Origin: an uncultured Clostridia bacterium
Lineage (GTDB): Bacteria; Bacillota; Clostridia; TANB77; CAG-508
Direction of reading: 5' to 3'
Assembly (NCBI GenBank): GCA_944387455.1
Contig: CALXEY010000002.1
Location: 1 to 54,440 of the forward strand
Length of the DNA: 54,440 bases
Position numbers and translations under genes: made by a program
Shown here: positions 27,706 to 36,157 of the stretch, in pieces
Layout of the letters: the number at the start of each line of letters is the position of its first letter
Position numbering within the stretch: position 1 is the first letter of the stretch
Notes under the pieces: generated by a model
The model's input: only the letters and a program-made list of their open reading frames with translations
Database searches by the model: none
Told to the model about the DNA's origin: nothing

Positions 27706-30700
27706 TTATCTTTCAGATAAAGCTTTTTCTCCCATTAATTTTTTCCTTAACAAAAGTGTTTCGTTACCCAAAATAGGCTCTGCATATGTTCTTTCTGGTG
27801 TTATTCTCATATATGTTCCATCTTCTATACAATTTGATGATACACTTAATTGATATTCTTCAGGTGTTAACGAAATTTTACAATCTTCTAATAGTTTCTT
27901 ATAAAGTGTTTCCGCACTTTTTTTATCACCAGATTTTGAAAGTAATCTTATCATTGACTTTCTGCCTTTTGTTAATTTAGCTCTATATTCCATCCAACAA
28001 TCTATTTCATCGATAACTTTTCCATTCGCTCTAGCTTCTTTAATTTTTGGATCATATCGTTCTAATTTTTCTCTTCTTACTGCTTGCATATACTCTTCAT
28101 ATATCTTCTCTGCTTTATCAAATTCTCCATTTTCTACATATAATTCTCCCAAATCTATAAAATTATCTTCAAGTATAGAAATAGTATCTTCGCCTCTTGA
28201 TAAAACTTCGTTTTTTCTTAGAATTGTAATAGCTGATTTTAATAATCTTTCTGCCTCTTTTTCCTTACCTGGAATAGTAGACAATCTATGTCCTGTTTTA
28301 TATGTTGCTAATCCTTTAACTAATTCATCATCTGATGTCATATCATATATATCCTTATGTATAACACTCCTATTCACTTCTTCAAGAGATTTTTTTGCTT
28401 TTCCTCCAACAAGTCCTTTTGCTAAAACACTGTAACTATGATACCTTTTATTAAATTCTTCTATTTGAGCTTTTCTTTCTGCTTCTATCCTTGCTCGTTC
28501 CTCTGCTGCTTTTCTTTCTGCCTCTATTCTTGCTCGTTCCTCTGCTGCTTTTCTTTCTGCCTCTATTCTTGCTCGTTCCTCTGCTGCTTTTCTTTCTGCC
28601 TCTATTCTTGCTTGTTCCTCTGCTGCTTTTCTCTCTGCCTCTTTTCTTGCTTGTTCCTCTGCTGCTTTTCTCTCTGCCTCTATTCTTGCTTGTTCCTCTG
28701 CTGCTTTTCCTTCTGCTTCTATTCTTGGATAACCTACGGGTGTAATATTCTCTACTGTAGCTTCTTTTTGACTATCCGTTACCTCTCTTATTGGTTCATT
28801 TTTTTGTTGTATAGCTCCTGCTTTTAAATCTTCCCCAACTCCTGTTAGTTCTTCTAATATTTTTGGTTTCGTATTACTTCTTCCACTTTCTTTTCTAATA
28901 GCACTTTTTCCTCTTCCAATATTATGTATTTTGTTTGTTATTGGCTCGAAGAAGCTTTTGACATCATTTATCTGAGATTTATCTGTTTTTGGTTTTCTTA
29001 TTTTTGGACTAGTAACTACTCTTTTTCTCTGCATCGTAGTTGCTTTCGGTCTTGCCCTGTTAGCAACTTGCTGTCTTTCTGTTTTTATCTGTGATTTCTT
29101 TGCTAATAAAGCTTCATCTCCAATTATAGAATAAGTTATTGCATTACCTTTTCTAATCTTTACATATTTTCCATCTTTTATATAATTATTCTTTTTACTT
29201 AATTCATATTCTTCTGGACTTAATACAATTCCTGAATCATCTAACATTTGTCTATACAAATCCTCTGCTTCAAACTCTTTTCCAACCATACTTAAAATAT
29301 ATAATTCTCCTCGTTGTCCATTAACAACTTTTCTTCTATATATCATCCAATAGTCTATTTCTTCTATAGTATTTCCATTTTTTCTAGATTGTAACATCAA
29401 AGGATTTAATCTTTCTATTCTTTCCTTTTCTAATATACTCATATATCTTTTATTAATACTTCCTGCACTTGAATAGTCTTTTTGTCTTAAATATAAATTT
29501 CTTAAGCTAAGTAATGTTTCTTCTAAATAGTCAAATACTTTTTCTGATTCTGCAAATAAATTTTTATTTGTGAATTGTTTTTCTGCATCATTTAGGTATT
29601 TTATTGCCTCAACAATGTTCGTTTTAGATAATTCTTTACCTACATTTAATGTTGCAACTGCCCTTATAACAGGATTTTCAGAAGATAATTCATACAATTC
29701 TCGATCAATATCACTTTTACTTATTTCATTTAATGTTTTCAACGGTCTTAAATTGAACAATTTTCTAGCTAAATTAGCATATAATTGATACCTTCTAATA
29801 AATTCATAGTTATCTTTTCTTTTCATGTCATCCTCCTTGTTTTCTTCTTGTATGTTTTCTTCTATACTATTTTCAATTCCTACATTATTTTCTTCTAAAT
29901 CGTCTATATCCTTACTTATTCTCTCAGGATTTTCTTTTCTTCTTATTTTATCCAATATTTTTTCTATTAAACCTTTTTTTCTATATACTTCCCCACCTAT
30001 TTTTTCTTCTGTTTTTCCTGCTCTTTTCATTAATCTTGCATTCTTTCCTTTTAGTTTTGAATTTACAAGATTATGTTTCAAATTAAACCATAATCCTTCC
30101 ATATTATTTACACATTCTATGTATTTATTCATTTCTTCATCATTATATAGCGCACTAATAACAACTGGATTAAGTTTTCTTCTTAACCTTATAGCTTGTA
30201 TTATATTTCTGGTAAAATTACGACATTTTTTATTTATTTGAAACTTGGCATAAATATCTTTTTTTTCATCCATAATATCTTCTATATTTCGTTGATATTT
30301 TTTTCCATTTACAGTCTCAAATTCTACCACACCTCTCTCTTCATCTATATCTATGCTAAATATTTTCTCTTCGTTATAAATAGGTTGAATATTTTTTTTA
30401 ATTTGATTTTCTGTGTTAGAAATCATTATATCCTTTGGTTTATTCTTTATTGTTGAAGTAACAGGAATTGGCGGTATCACTTCTTTTAAAACTTTTGCAT
30501 TTTGTGTATTAGGGCTTACATTTCTTTGTATTGTTGGTATCATTATCGTTTCGTCCCCATTTGTTCTTAATGATGTTCTTGGCGTTTTATTATTAATACC
30601 ATATGTTTTACTCTTTTCGTTATGCAAACTGTTAATATTCTGAGTTTCACTAGATAAATCTTCATTATTTTTAGAGAAAGCTGTTGTTTCACTTACTGTT

Positions 30701-30831
30701 TTTGGTTCTTTATTTTCTTTACGACGAAAAAAAATATTAATAAATTTATTTTTTATATTATTAAATGTTTTCTTTATATTATTTAAAACATTTTTAAATC
30801 CATCTTTTATTTTTGAAAAAAATTCTTTCAT
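27706..30831 (-). CDS. 1041-aa protein with two ~230-aa paralogous helical-repeat modules separated by a tandem RIEAERKAAEE(Q/R)A array
   Basis: The modules '...EKERIERLNPLMLQSRKNGNTIEEIDYWMIYRRK...LSPEEYELSKKNNYIKDGKYVKI' and '...RREKLERYDPKIKEARANGKVIDEIDCWMEYRAK...LTPEEYQLSVSSNCIEDGTYMRI' are clearly homologous. No known catalytic motif was seen. Confidence 0.7.
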   Translation of the reverse strand: MKEFFSKIKDGFKNVLNNIKKTFNNIKNKFINIFFRRKENKEPKTVSETTAFSKNNEDLSSETQNINSLHNEKSKTYGINNKTPRTSLRTNGDETIMIPTIQRNVSPNTQNAKVLKEVIPPIPVTSTIKNKPKDIMISNTENQIKKNIQPIYNEEKIFSIDIDEERGVVEFETVNGKKYQRNIEDIMDEKKDIYAKFQINKKCRNFTRNIIQAIRLRRKLNPVVISALYNDEEMNKYIECVNNMEGLWFNLKHNLVNSKLKGKNARLMKRAGKTEEKIGGEVYRKKGLIEKILDKIRRKENPERISKDIDDLEENNVGIENSIEENIQEENKEDDMKRKDNYEFIRRYQLYANLARKLFNLRPLKTLNEISKSDIDRELYELSSENPVIRAVATLNVGKELSKTNIVEAIKYLNDAEKQFTNKNLFAESEKVFDYLEETLLSLRNLYLRQKDYSSAGSINKRYMSILEKERIERLNPLMLQSRKNGNTIEEIDYWMIYRRKVVNGQRGELYILSMVGKEFEAEDLYRQMLDDSGIVLSPEEYELSKKNNYIKDGKYVKIRKGNAITYSIIGDEALLAKKSQIKTERQQVANRARPKATTMQRKRVVTSPKIRKPKTDKSQINDVKSFFEPITNKIHNIGRGKSAIRKESGRSNTKPKILEELTGVGEDLKAGAIQQKNEPIREVTDSQKEATVENITPVGYPRIEAEGKAAEEQARIEAERKAAEEQARKEAERKAAEEQARIEAERKAAEERARIEAERKAAEERARIEAERKAAEERARIEAERKAQIEEFNKRYHSYSVLAKGLVGGKAKKSLEEVNRSVIHKDIYDMTSDDELVKGLATYKTGHRLSTIPGKEKEAERLLKSAITILRKNEVLSRGEDTISILEDNFIDLGELYVENGEFDKAEKIYEEYMQAVRREKLERYDPKIKEARANGKVIDEIDCWMEYRAKLTKGRKSMIRLLSKSGDKKSAETLYKKLLEDCKISLTPEEYQLSVSSNCIEDGTYMRITPERTYAEPILGNETLLLRKKLMGEKALSER
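28469..28730 (-). repeat. in-frame 39-nt tandem repeat, about 6.7 copies, encoding (R/K)(I/K)EAERKAAEE(Q/R)A
   Basis: Copies of GCTTTTCTTTCTGCCTCTATTCTTGCTCGTTCCTCTGCT start every 39 nt from 28469 (28508, 28547, 28586...). They are near-identical. Confidence 0.9.
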
Positions 30832-30865
30832 ATTCTCCTCCCATTAATTAACAATATGCAATAAT

Positions 30866-30894
30866 ATTATACCAGTTTTCTCCTATTCTGTCAA
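30866..30894 (-). promoter_or_regulatory. sigma-A-type promoter of the 1041-aa gene
   Basis: The minus strand reads TTGACA-17-(TG)GTATAAT, preceded by GGTTACATAATAA. Confidence 0.6.
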
Positions 30895-30947
30895 TTATTA
30901 TGTAACCTTTTAATTTGCTAAATATCCTTGCTTAGTCAAACTTACTT

Positions 30948-30989
30948 ACAAAAAAACACGTAGTACATTGATTATTGTACTACGTGTTT
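30948..30989 (-). terminator. rho-independent terminator after the PP2C gene
   Basis: A 14-bp perfect stem AAACACGTAGTACA/TGTACTACGTGTTT plus a T-run on the minus strand. Confidence 0.8.
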
Positions 30990-30997
30990 GAAGTAAA

Positions 30998-31678
30998 TTA
31001 AGAGGCAATAGAAATGTCATCTAGTATTAATTCTTTGTTTCTTCTAAGAATTGTTTCAATTTCCCTTTGGTTTCTTTCTACCAAAGCTTTTTTAAACAAA
31101 TCCCTATCCTTAGAAGGAAACTTATCACCAAGCACAAATCTTAATCCATCACTAGCAACATATACATGTTTATATTGAGTTTTTGAAAAATATTTTTTAC
31201 CAAATATTACCTTTGTACTGTATCGTTGCCTATTTGGAATATAATTATATGCTAAATATTTTGGTGCTTCTCCATTTGCAACATTCACATCATTATCCAG
31301 TTGAATGTACTTAATCACATTTGAATTGTCAACTGTGATAATGAAGCCATCACCTGCTGAATAGACAATATACTCGCTTTTTGTCTCTAAACAGGCAATT
31401 AAAGTAAATTGCAATTCTGCAATAATTCTGTCTTCACTATCATCTTCCATGACAATTTCATAAAATGAAGTATAAGCTATATCTTCAAAGTTTCCCTCAT
31501 TGATTCTCCTTGATTTCTTCCGAAGTGCCTCGCCCATCTTGTGAGCTCCTACTTCTGAATGCTCACCAGAACCACATCCATCCAATACTACTGCAAGGTT
31601 ATTTGTTGAAATAGCATAATCTTGTCCTATATTTTTTCCCATTCCAGTTTGTACAATTTCAATTCCAACCTTTTTCAT
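30998..31678 (-). CDS. PP2C-family Ser/Thr phosphatase (TerY-P type, 226 aa)
   Basis: 'AVVLDGCGSGEHSEVGA' and 'YVASDGLRF' match the compact PP2C of vWA-kinase-phosphatase triads. Confidence 0.7.
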   Translation of the reverse strand: MKKVGIEIVQTGMGKNIGQDYAISTNNLAVVLDGCGSGEHSEVGAHKMGEALRKKSRRINEGNFEDIAYTSFYEIVMEDDSEDRIIAELQFTLIACLETKSEYIVYSAGDGFIITVDNSNVIKYIQLDNDVNVANGEAPKYLAYNYIPNRQRYSTKVIFGKKYFSKTQYKHVYVASDGLRFVLGDKFPSKDRDLFKKALVERNQREIETILRRNKELILDDISIAS

Positions 31679-31785
31679 AACATTCCTCCTTAACAGTAAT
31701 AAACTGAACTTGCCTTTTTACTTTTTATAATTAGCACAAAAAATATTTTATGCTAATCAAACTTACCTCAATAGGTAATGCCTAA

Positions 31786-31814
31786 ATTATACCATTATCA
31801 GTGTTTTTTGTCAA
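31786..31814 (-). promoter_or_regulatory. sigma-A-type promoter of the PP2C gene
   Basis: The minus strand reads TTGACA-17-(TG)GTATAAT. Confidence 0.6.
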
Positions 31815-31971
31815 CATAATGTGTGTACATGAAAATTTTTCAAAATGATACAAAGCGTTTATTATTAATAATAAACCGTATTGTTTTAACCCAAAACATA
31901 CAACTTGTCCTTAATAATATTATGATTTTTATAAATACTAAAAAAGATAGCTTAATTGCTATCCTTTAAAT

Positions 31972-32214
31972 TTATTCTATAGTATTTTTTAAATCATTAT
32001 AATTTATATTTAATACTTTACAAAGTCCAATTAATTCAAAATCTTTAACAATCTGCTTTCCATCTTCAATTCTTTTTAATTCTGTTGAATCTAGATAAAC
32101 AGCATGTAATTGCAACATTCTGCTAACATCAATCTTTTCAAGATTGCGCTTTTCTCTATATTCTTTTATTAAATTACCAATAACATTACTTTTTATGTTT
32201 TCATATTTTTTCAT
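31972..32214 (-). CDS. XRE-family HTH protein (80 aa)
   Basis: 'IGNLIKEYREKRNLEKIDVSRMLQLH...LKRIEDGK'. Confidence 0.65.
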   Translation of the reverse strand: MKKYENIKSNVIGNLIKEYREKRNLEKIDVSRMLQLHAVYLDSTELKRIEDGKQIVKDFELIGLCKVLNINYNDLKNTIE

Positions 32215-32383
32215 TTTTTATATTCCCTTATTCAATAATATTATTGATTTTATTATATTTTTTTGCTATCATCTCGAGAGAGCCTCGACCTTTTTATTAT
32301 TTTATACTTTTTTAGAATAATTATGAGTTAAGTAAGAAAAAAATAAAAAAAGCTAACACTATGTGCTAGCTTTATAAAGATTT

Positions 32384-32698
32384 TTATTTTGTACCTAATA
32401 AAACACTAATCATTTTATTTATAACAGATTTATCTCTATCAGATAACAATTCGTACCTGTCGATAATATCAGGAGATTTAATTAGGTCTTTAAATAGCTT
32501 ATTTGAAGAACAATTTGCAGTATTACAAATATTAATAGCACTATCAATGCTAATACCAGCTTTTCCTGTTTCTACTTGTGATAAAAACTGTGCATTAATA
32601 TCTAACTTTTCTGCAAACTCTTCTTGTGTTAGGTTAAGATTTTTTCTAATTTCCTTAACATTACGACCTATAATTATACTATTGTCTAAATTTGCCAT
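32384..32698 (-). CDS. XRE-family HTH transcriptional regulator (104 aa)
   Basis: 'IGRNVKEIRKNLNLTQEEFAEKLDINAQFLSQVETGK'. Confidence 0.8.
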   Translation of the reverse strand: MANLDNSIIIGRNVKEIRKNLNLTQEEFAEKLDINAQFLSQVETGKAGISIDSAINICNTANCSSNKLFKDLIKSPDIIDRYELLSDRDKSVINKMISVLLGTK

Positions 32699-32867
32699 TA
32701 GCTCACCTCAATGATAGTATATTAAAATCTAAATAAAAAATGAAATAGTTACCAACTCTAATTTAAGCACAAGAATATAGTTGACATCTATATTATATTA
32801 GATATAATAACAAAAAAATCGAGGTAATACCTATAAATTAAAATTATATTAGAATGGAGGTGTTTGA

Positions 32868-33494
32868 ATGTATTTATATTGTGTTATCTTTATATTAATA
32901 TTTATTATAGCAATAATAATTTGTCTTATGATAGAAAAAAATAAAGAATATGCTTTTAATATATCCAAAAAAAATGATAAAATTAAAGAAATAACCAAAA
33001 AATGTGAGTTTTATAAAGAGAAATGTGAAAATTTAAACATTATAATTGGAATGAATGAAAAAACAGATAAAGATAAAATATTAAAAGCACTAAAAAAGCC
33101 CCAATATACCCCAATATATAAAGGAAAAAAAGCATTAATTGGTGACTATTTTAAACCATCATACATGCAAACCAAACTTGCACTTGAAAGTTTAGGATTT
33201 GATGTTACTATTGCATTAACTAGTGAAGATGTTATAAAAAGAATAAAGAATAGAGAAAAGTATGATATAATATTTAGCAATAATATATATCCAGATGGAA
33301 CTGGTCCGGAATGCCTAGCTAAATTAAAAGAAATAGAAGGTTTTAATATTCCTGTTGTTATTCATACTATTACTAAACATGCTAGACATCATTTTATAAA
33401 TGAAATAGGCTTTGATGATTACCTTGAAAAACCAGTAATTCAAGAAGATGTAAAACCAATTTTAGAAAGATTATTAAATAAAAAAATAATATAA
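32868..33494 (+). CDS. membrane-anchored protein with a C-terminal receiver (CheY-like) domain lacking the phospho-acceptor Asp
   Basis: An N-terminal TM helix, a coiled coil, then 'KKALIGDY...YDIIFSNNIYPDGTGPECLAKLKE...PVVIHT...GFDDYLEKP'. The position of the acceptor Asp reads S-N-N. A promoter TTGACA-16-TATAAT lies at about 32783-32810. Confidence 0.55.
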   Translation: MYLYCVIFILIFIIAIIICLMIEKNKEYAFNISKKNDKIKEITKKCEFYKEKCENLNIIIGMNEKTDKDKILKALKKPQYTPIYKGKKALIGDYFKPSYMQTKLALESLGFDVTIALTSEDVIKRIKNREKYDIIFSNNIYPDGTGPECLAKLKEIEGFNIPVVIHTITKHARHHFINEIGFDDYLEKPVIQEDVKPILERLLNKKII

Positions 33495-33656
33495 CAAGTA
33501 AATATAAAAAATCATAAATTTTCTTTTATAGAATTTATGATTTTTTTTGATAAAAAAAGCAGATACATTGCTGCATCTGCTAAAAGATTTAGTAATATAT
33601 AAATATATGAAGCCATTTATATACTACACTATTTATAACATAAAAAGGTCTAAAAA

Positions 33657-34166
33657 TCAATAAATTTCATCATCCTCTGTGATTTCATCATTGACTACAT
33701 CTAAGTCCGGATAGGTACAATATAAAAACGGTATATTAGTAGTTATTTTATCTACATCTTCCCTATCAGGAAACGCTAAAATAAGTCTATCTGCTTTAGG
33801 GAGGCATAGGGGAGAATTAATTAATTTTATGATTCCTTTTTTGTTTTCCTCATCTGCTACAATTATATGATATAGTAAATGATCTTTTGTTAAAAATGTG
33901 ATATATATAGGAAAATTGTTTTTATGAAATGTTACGAATCTCCCTTTATATCTGCATAAAATATCAAGTGCTACTAACATATTATCATCTATTTTTTGTG
34001 TATTATGCACAAATATATTTCCTTTTCTACTTATCATATTTGATAAAATACTTCTAAAATTATTGTTATATTCATCAAATAACCTTTGCAACTGGTCTAT
34101 TCTAGCCGAACCAAAATCCTGTAAAAAATTAATAATTTTTTCATCTTTTTCTTTTATTTTAATCAC
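33657..34166 (-). CDS. hypothetical protein (169 aa)
   Basis: ORF with a GTG start after GAAGG. A terminator hairpin GCAGAT..ATCTGC lies at 33557-33582. Confidence 0.5.
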   Translation of the reverse strand: MIKIKEKDEKIINFLQDFGSARIDQLQRLFDEYNNNFRSILSNMISRKGNIFVHNTQKIDDNMLVALDILCRYKGRFVTFHKNNFPIYITFLTKDHLLYHIIVADEENKKGIIKLINSPLCLPKADRLILAFPDREDVDKITTNIPFLYCTYPDLDVVNDEITEDDEIY

Positions 34167-34175
34167 CTTCTTCTA

Positions 34176-34970
34176 TTAAATTATTCGCATAAGATAACCA
34201 TAAATTAACTTCTTATCTTCTTTTATTTCTGTGATTTTTATTAACACATTATCCTTAAAATGTGGATAACTATTAAATCTAGGTGGCACTCTTGTAAGAA
34301 CGCTAACTTGTGAATTATCAAGCTGTACAATTATCCCACTATTTTGCTTTGGAAAAGCTATTACCTTGCCTGTATATTCTCCTTTTTCAACAATGTACTT
34401 TCTTATATTTTTAAAAGGATTTTCCGTAAAATCTTTAGCTGATAATTCAAATACATTATTTTCAATATCTATATTCTTAATTCTGACTTTTAAATTTTGA
34501 CCTGCCGAATAATAGTCTTTACAATTTACTATATAAGTATGTTGTAAATTATTTGCCTTGATAATTACTTCTTTTCCATATAAATCAGCAATTATATGTT
34601 TCGCACCAACTGCTAATATTCTTACTTTTACAACATCATTTACTTTTAACTTAGGTAACTCTATCCTAGACCTTAGTTCCATAGCATCTTTTCTACTTGC
34701 TATTGCTATATTACTTGTTTTATCATATTCAATAACTATAAAATCTATTTCAGCCCCTAGCATTCCTCTAATTACTGATTTATTTACTTTTTTTATTCCT
34801 AAATGAGTAGAGGGAATTAGTATTTTTATATTGTTATACCATACAATAGCACAAGGGATAGTCTCTCCTTTTAATTTATAATATTCATCTTCAATTCCAC
34901 TTATTTTACCTGTTAAAATTCTTCTTTCTTCTTTACTTCTTAATATTTCTTTTAATGTTAGGTCCTCCAA
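34176..34970 (-). CDS. S1-like RNA-binding (OB-fold) repeat protein (264 aa)
   Basis: Three segments resembling S1 domains, for example 'VNDVVKVRILAVGAKHIIADLYGKEVIIKAN' and 'GEYTGKVIAFPKQNSGIIVQLDNSQVSVL'. TTG start after GGAGGTG. Confidence 0.45.
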   Translation of the reverse strand: MEDLTLKEILRSKEERRILTGKISGIEDEYYKLKGETIPCAIVWYNNIKILIPSTHLGIKKVNKSVIRGMLGAEIDFIVIEYDKTSNIAIASRKDAMELRSRIELPKLKVNDVVKVRILAVGAKHIIADLYGKEVIIKANNLQHTYIVNCKDYYSAGQNLKVRIKNIDIENNVFELSAKDFTENPFKNIRKYIVEKGEYTGKVIAFPKQNSGIIVQLDNSQVSVLTRVPPRFNSYPHFKDNVLIKITEIKEDKKLIYGYLMRII

Positions 34971-34982
34971 TTTTTCACCTCC

Positions 34983-35017
34983 AATAAAAAAACATCTACC
35001 ATTTTAGGTAAATGTTT
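34983..35017 (-). terminator. terminator, copy 1 of a paralogous hairpin family
   Basis: AAACATCTACC-n6-GGTAAATGTTT with a T-run on the minus strand. Confidence 0.65.
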
Positions 35018-35050
35018 ATTATTTCGATTTTTTAATCTTCATTGTTCACT

Positions 35051-35263
35051 TCAAATTTTTTCTATAATTTTACCATTTTCTTCAAGTAATACTTCAAAAT
35101 CTTCCCCAAAATATAAAAAATCTCCATAAGTTACAGTTTCAAAATCGTCTTCATCTTGATTTCCAAACTCAAATTCTATTTCGTCTTGTCTATATATAAC
35201 ATCTTCTATTGGTACACCTTTTGAAGCTCTACCAGTTTTAATATTTTTTATTTTTAATATCAT
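35051..35263 (-). CDS. hypothetical acidic protein (70 aa)
   Basis: ORF flanked by terminators. Confidence 0.4.
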   Translation of the reverse strand: MILKIKNIKTGRASKGVPIEDVIYRQDEIEFEFGNQDEDDFETVTYGDFLYFGEDFEVLLEENGKIIEKI

Positions 35264-35434
35264 TTGACTTTTCTCCTATCTCTATAAATTATATCATAAT
35301 AACATAGATTATTAAAGTATTTTTCTTTTTTTCTTTTTTTCAACTTTTCCTATTATTTTCTTTAGCTTAACTAAATTAGAAAAAATATTTTTAAAAATTT
35401 CTTTTATAAATTTTTCGCTCTCTTACTTCTAACT

Positions 35435-35464
35435 AAAAAAGCATTTACCATTTTAGGCAAATGC
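35435..35464 (-). terminator. terminator, copy 2 of the hairpin family
   Basis: AAAAAA-GCATTTACC-n6-GGCAAATGC. Confidence 0.65.
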
Positions 35465-35519
35465 TAAAAATTTTTTTATATAAATTATTCTTTATTAAGA
35501 AAATATAGATTAATCGCCT

Positions 35520-36017
35520 TTATTCTTCATCACTTATTTTATTACAAAGAAATAAGAAAATAATCTTTAATGTTAAATCAATACATTCTTGTTTTTTTAT
35601 TCCAGTTCCATATTTTATAAGCATCTTATTTATTAAAATATTTGAAATTTTATAATATTCTTTTGCAGTTATTTCTCTATCTTCTAAATTAATATCAAGT
35701 ATTTTTAAAGTATTTTTTGTTTCATCAGAAAGTTTTTTATATATATTCATTTTTTTATCTGGATAATCATCATCAGTTATAATAATATCAATTCCCTTAA
35801 AATAGAAATCATGAAATTTATTAACTTCTATTATTGCAGAAAATACCTGTTCTCTTGTTAAAGGTAATTCTGATATTCTATTTGTCATATTTTTCATTAC
35901 CCCAATTACATTGCTTGCATTCTCCTGCTTTAAATCCTTTTCATTGACCTCAAGTTGTTTTAAAATATATTTTTCTCTTTCGTTCAATGTTTGATAAATA
36001 TTTATGGCTTTATTCAT
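35520..36017 (-). CDS. hypothetical protein (165 aa)
   Basis: ORF. No motif recognised. Confidence 0.45.
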   Translation of the reverse strand: MNKAINIYQTLNEREKYILKQLEVNEKDLKQENASNVIGVMKNMTNRISELPLTREQVFSAIIEVNKFHDFYFKGIDIIITDDDYPDKKMNIYKKLSDETKNTLKILDINLEDREITAKEYYKISNILINKMLIKYGTGIKKQECIDLTLKIIFLFLCNKISDEE

Positions 36018-36157
36018 TAAAACACCCCATTCCTGTAAACATTATAGCACAAATTTACATAAAAACAAATAGTTTTACATAAATTATAGAATAATATATT
36101 CAATAATAGAACTATTATTTTTAGTAGAAATTACATACTTAAAAATTTTATCTTAAC

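Noticed and set aside
28469-28730. Possible CRISPR array (regular 39-nt periodicity)
   Set aside because: The units are directly adjacent with no spacers, lie in frame within a long ORF, and encode a coiled-coil peptide repeat. No cas genes are present.
28438-28827. Leu/Phe/Cys/Ser-rich plus-strand ORFs (129 aa and 84 aa) with striking internal repeats
   Set aside because: They are the antisense reading of the 39-nt tandem array inside the 1041-aa gene. The periodicity comes from the sense-strand RIEAERKAAEEQA repeat, so they are not independent genes.
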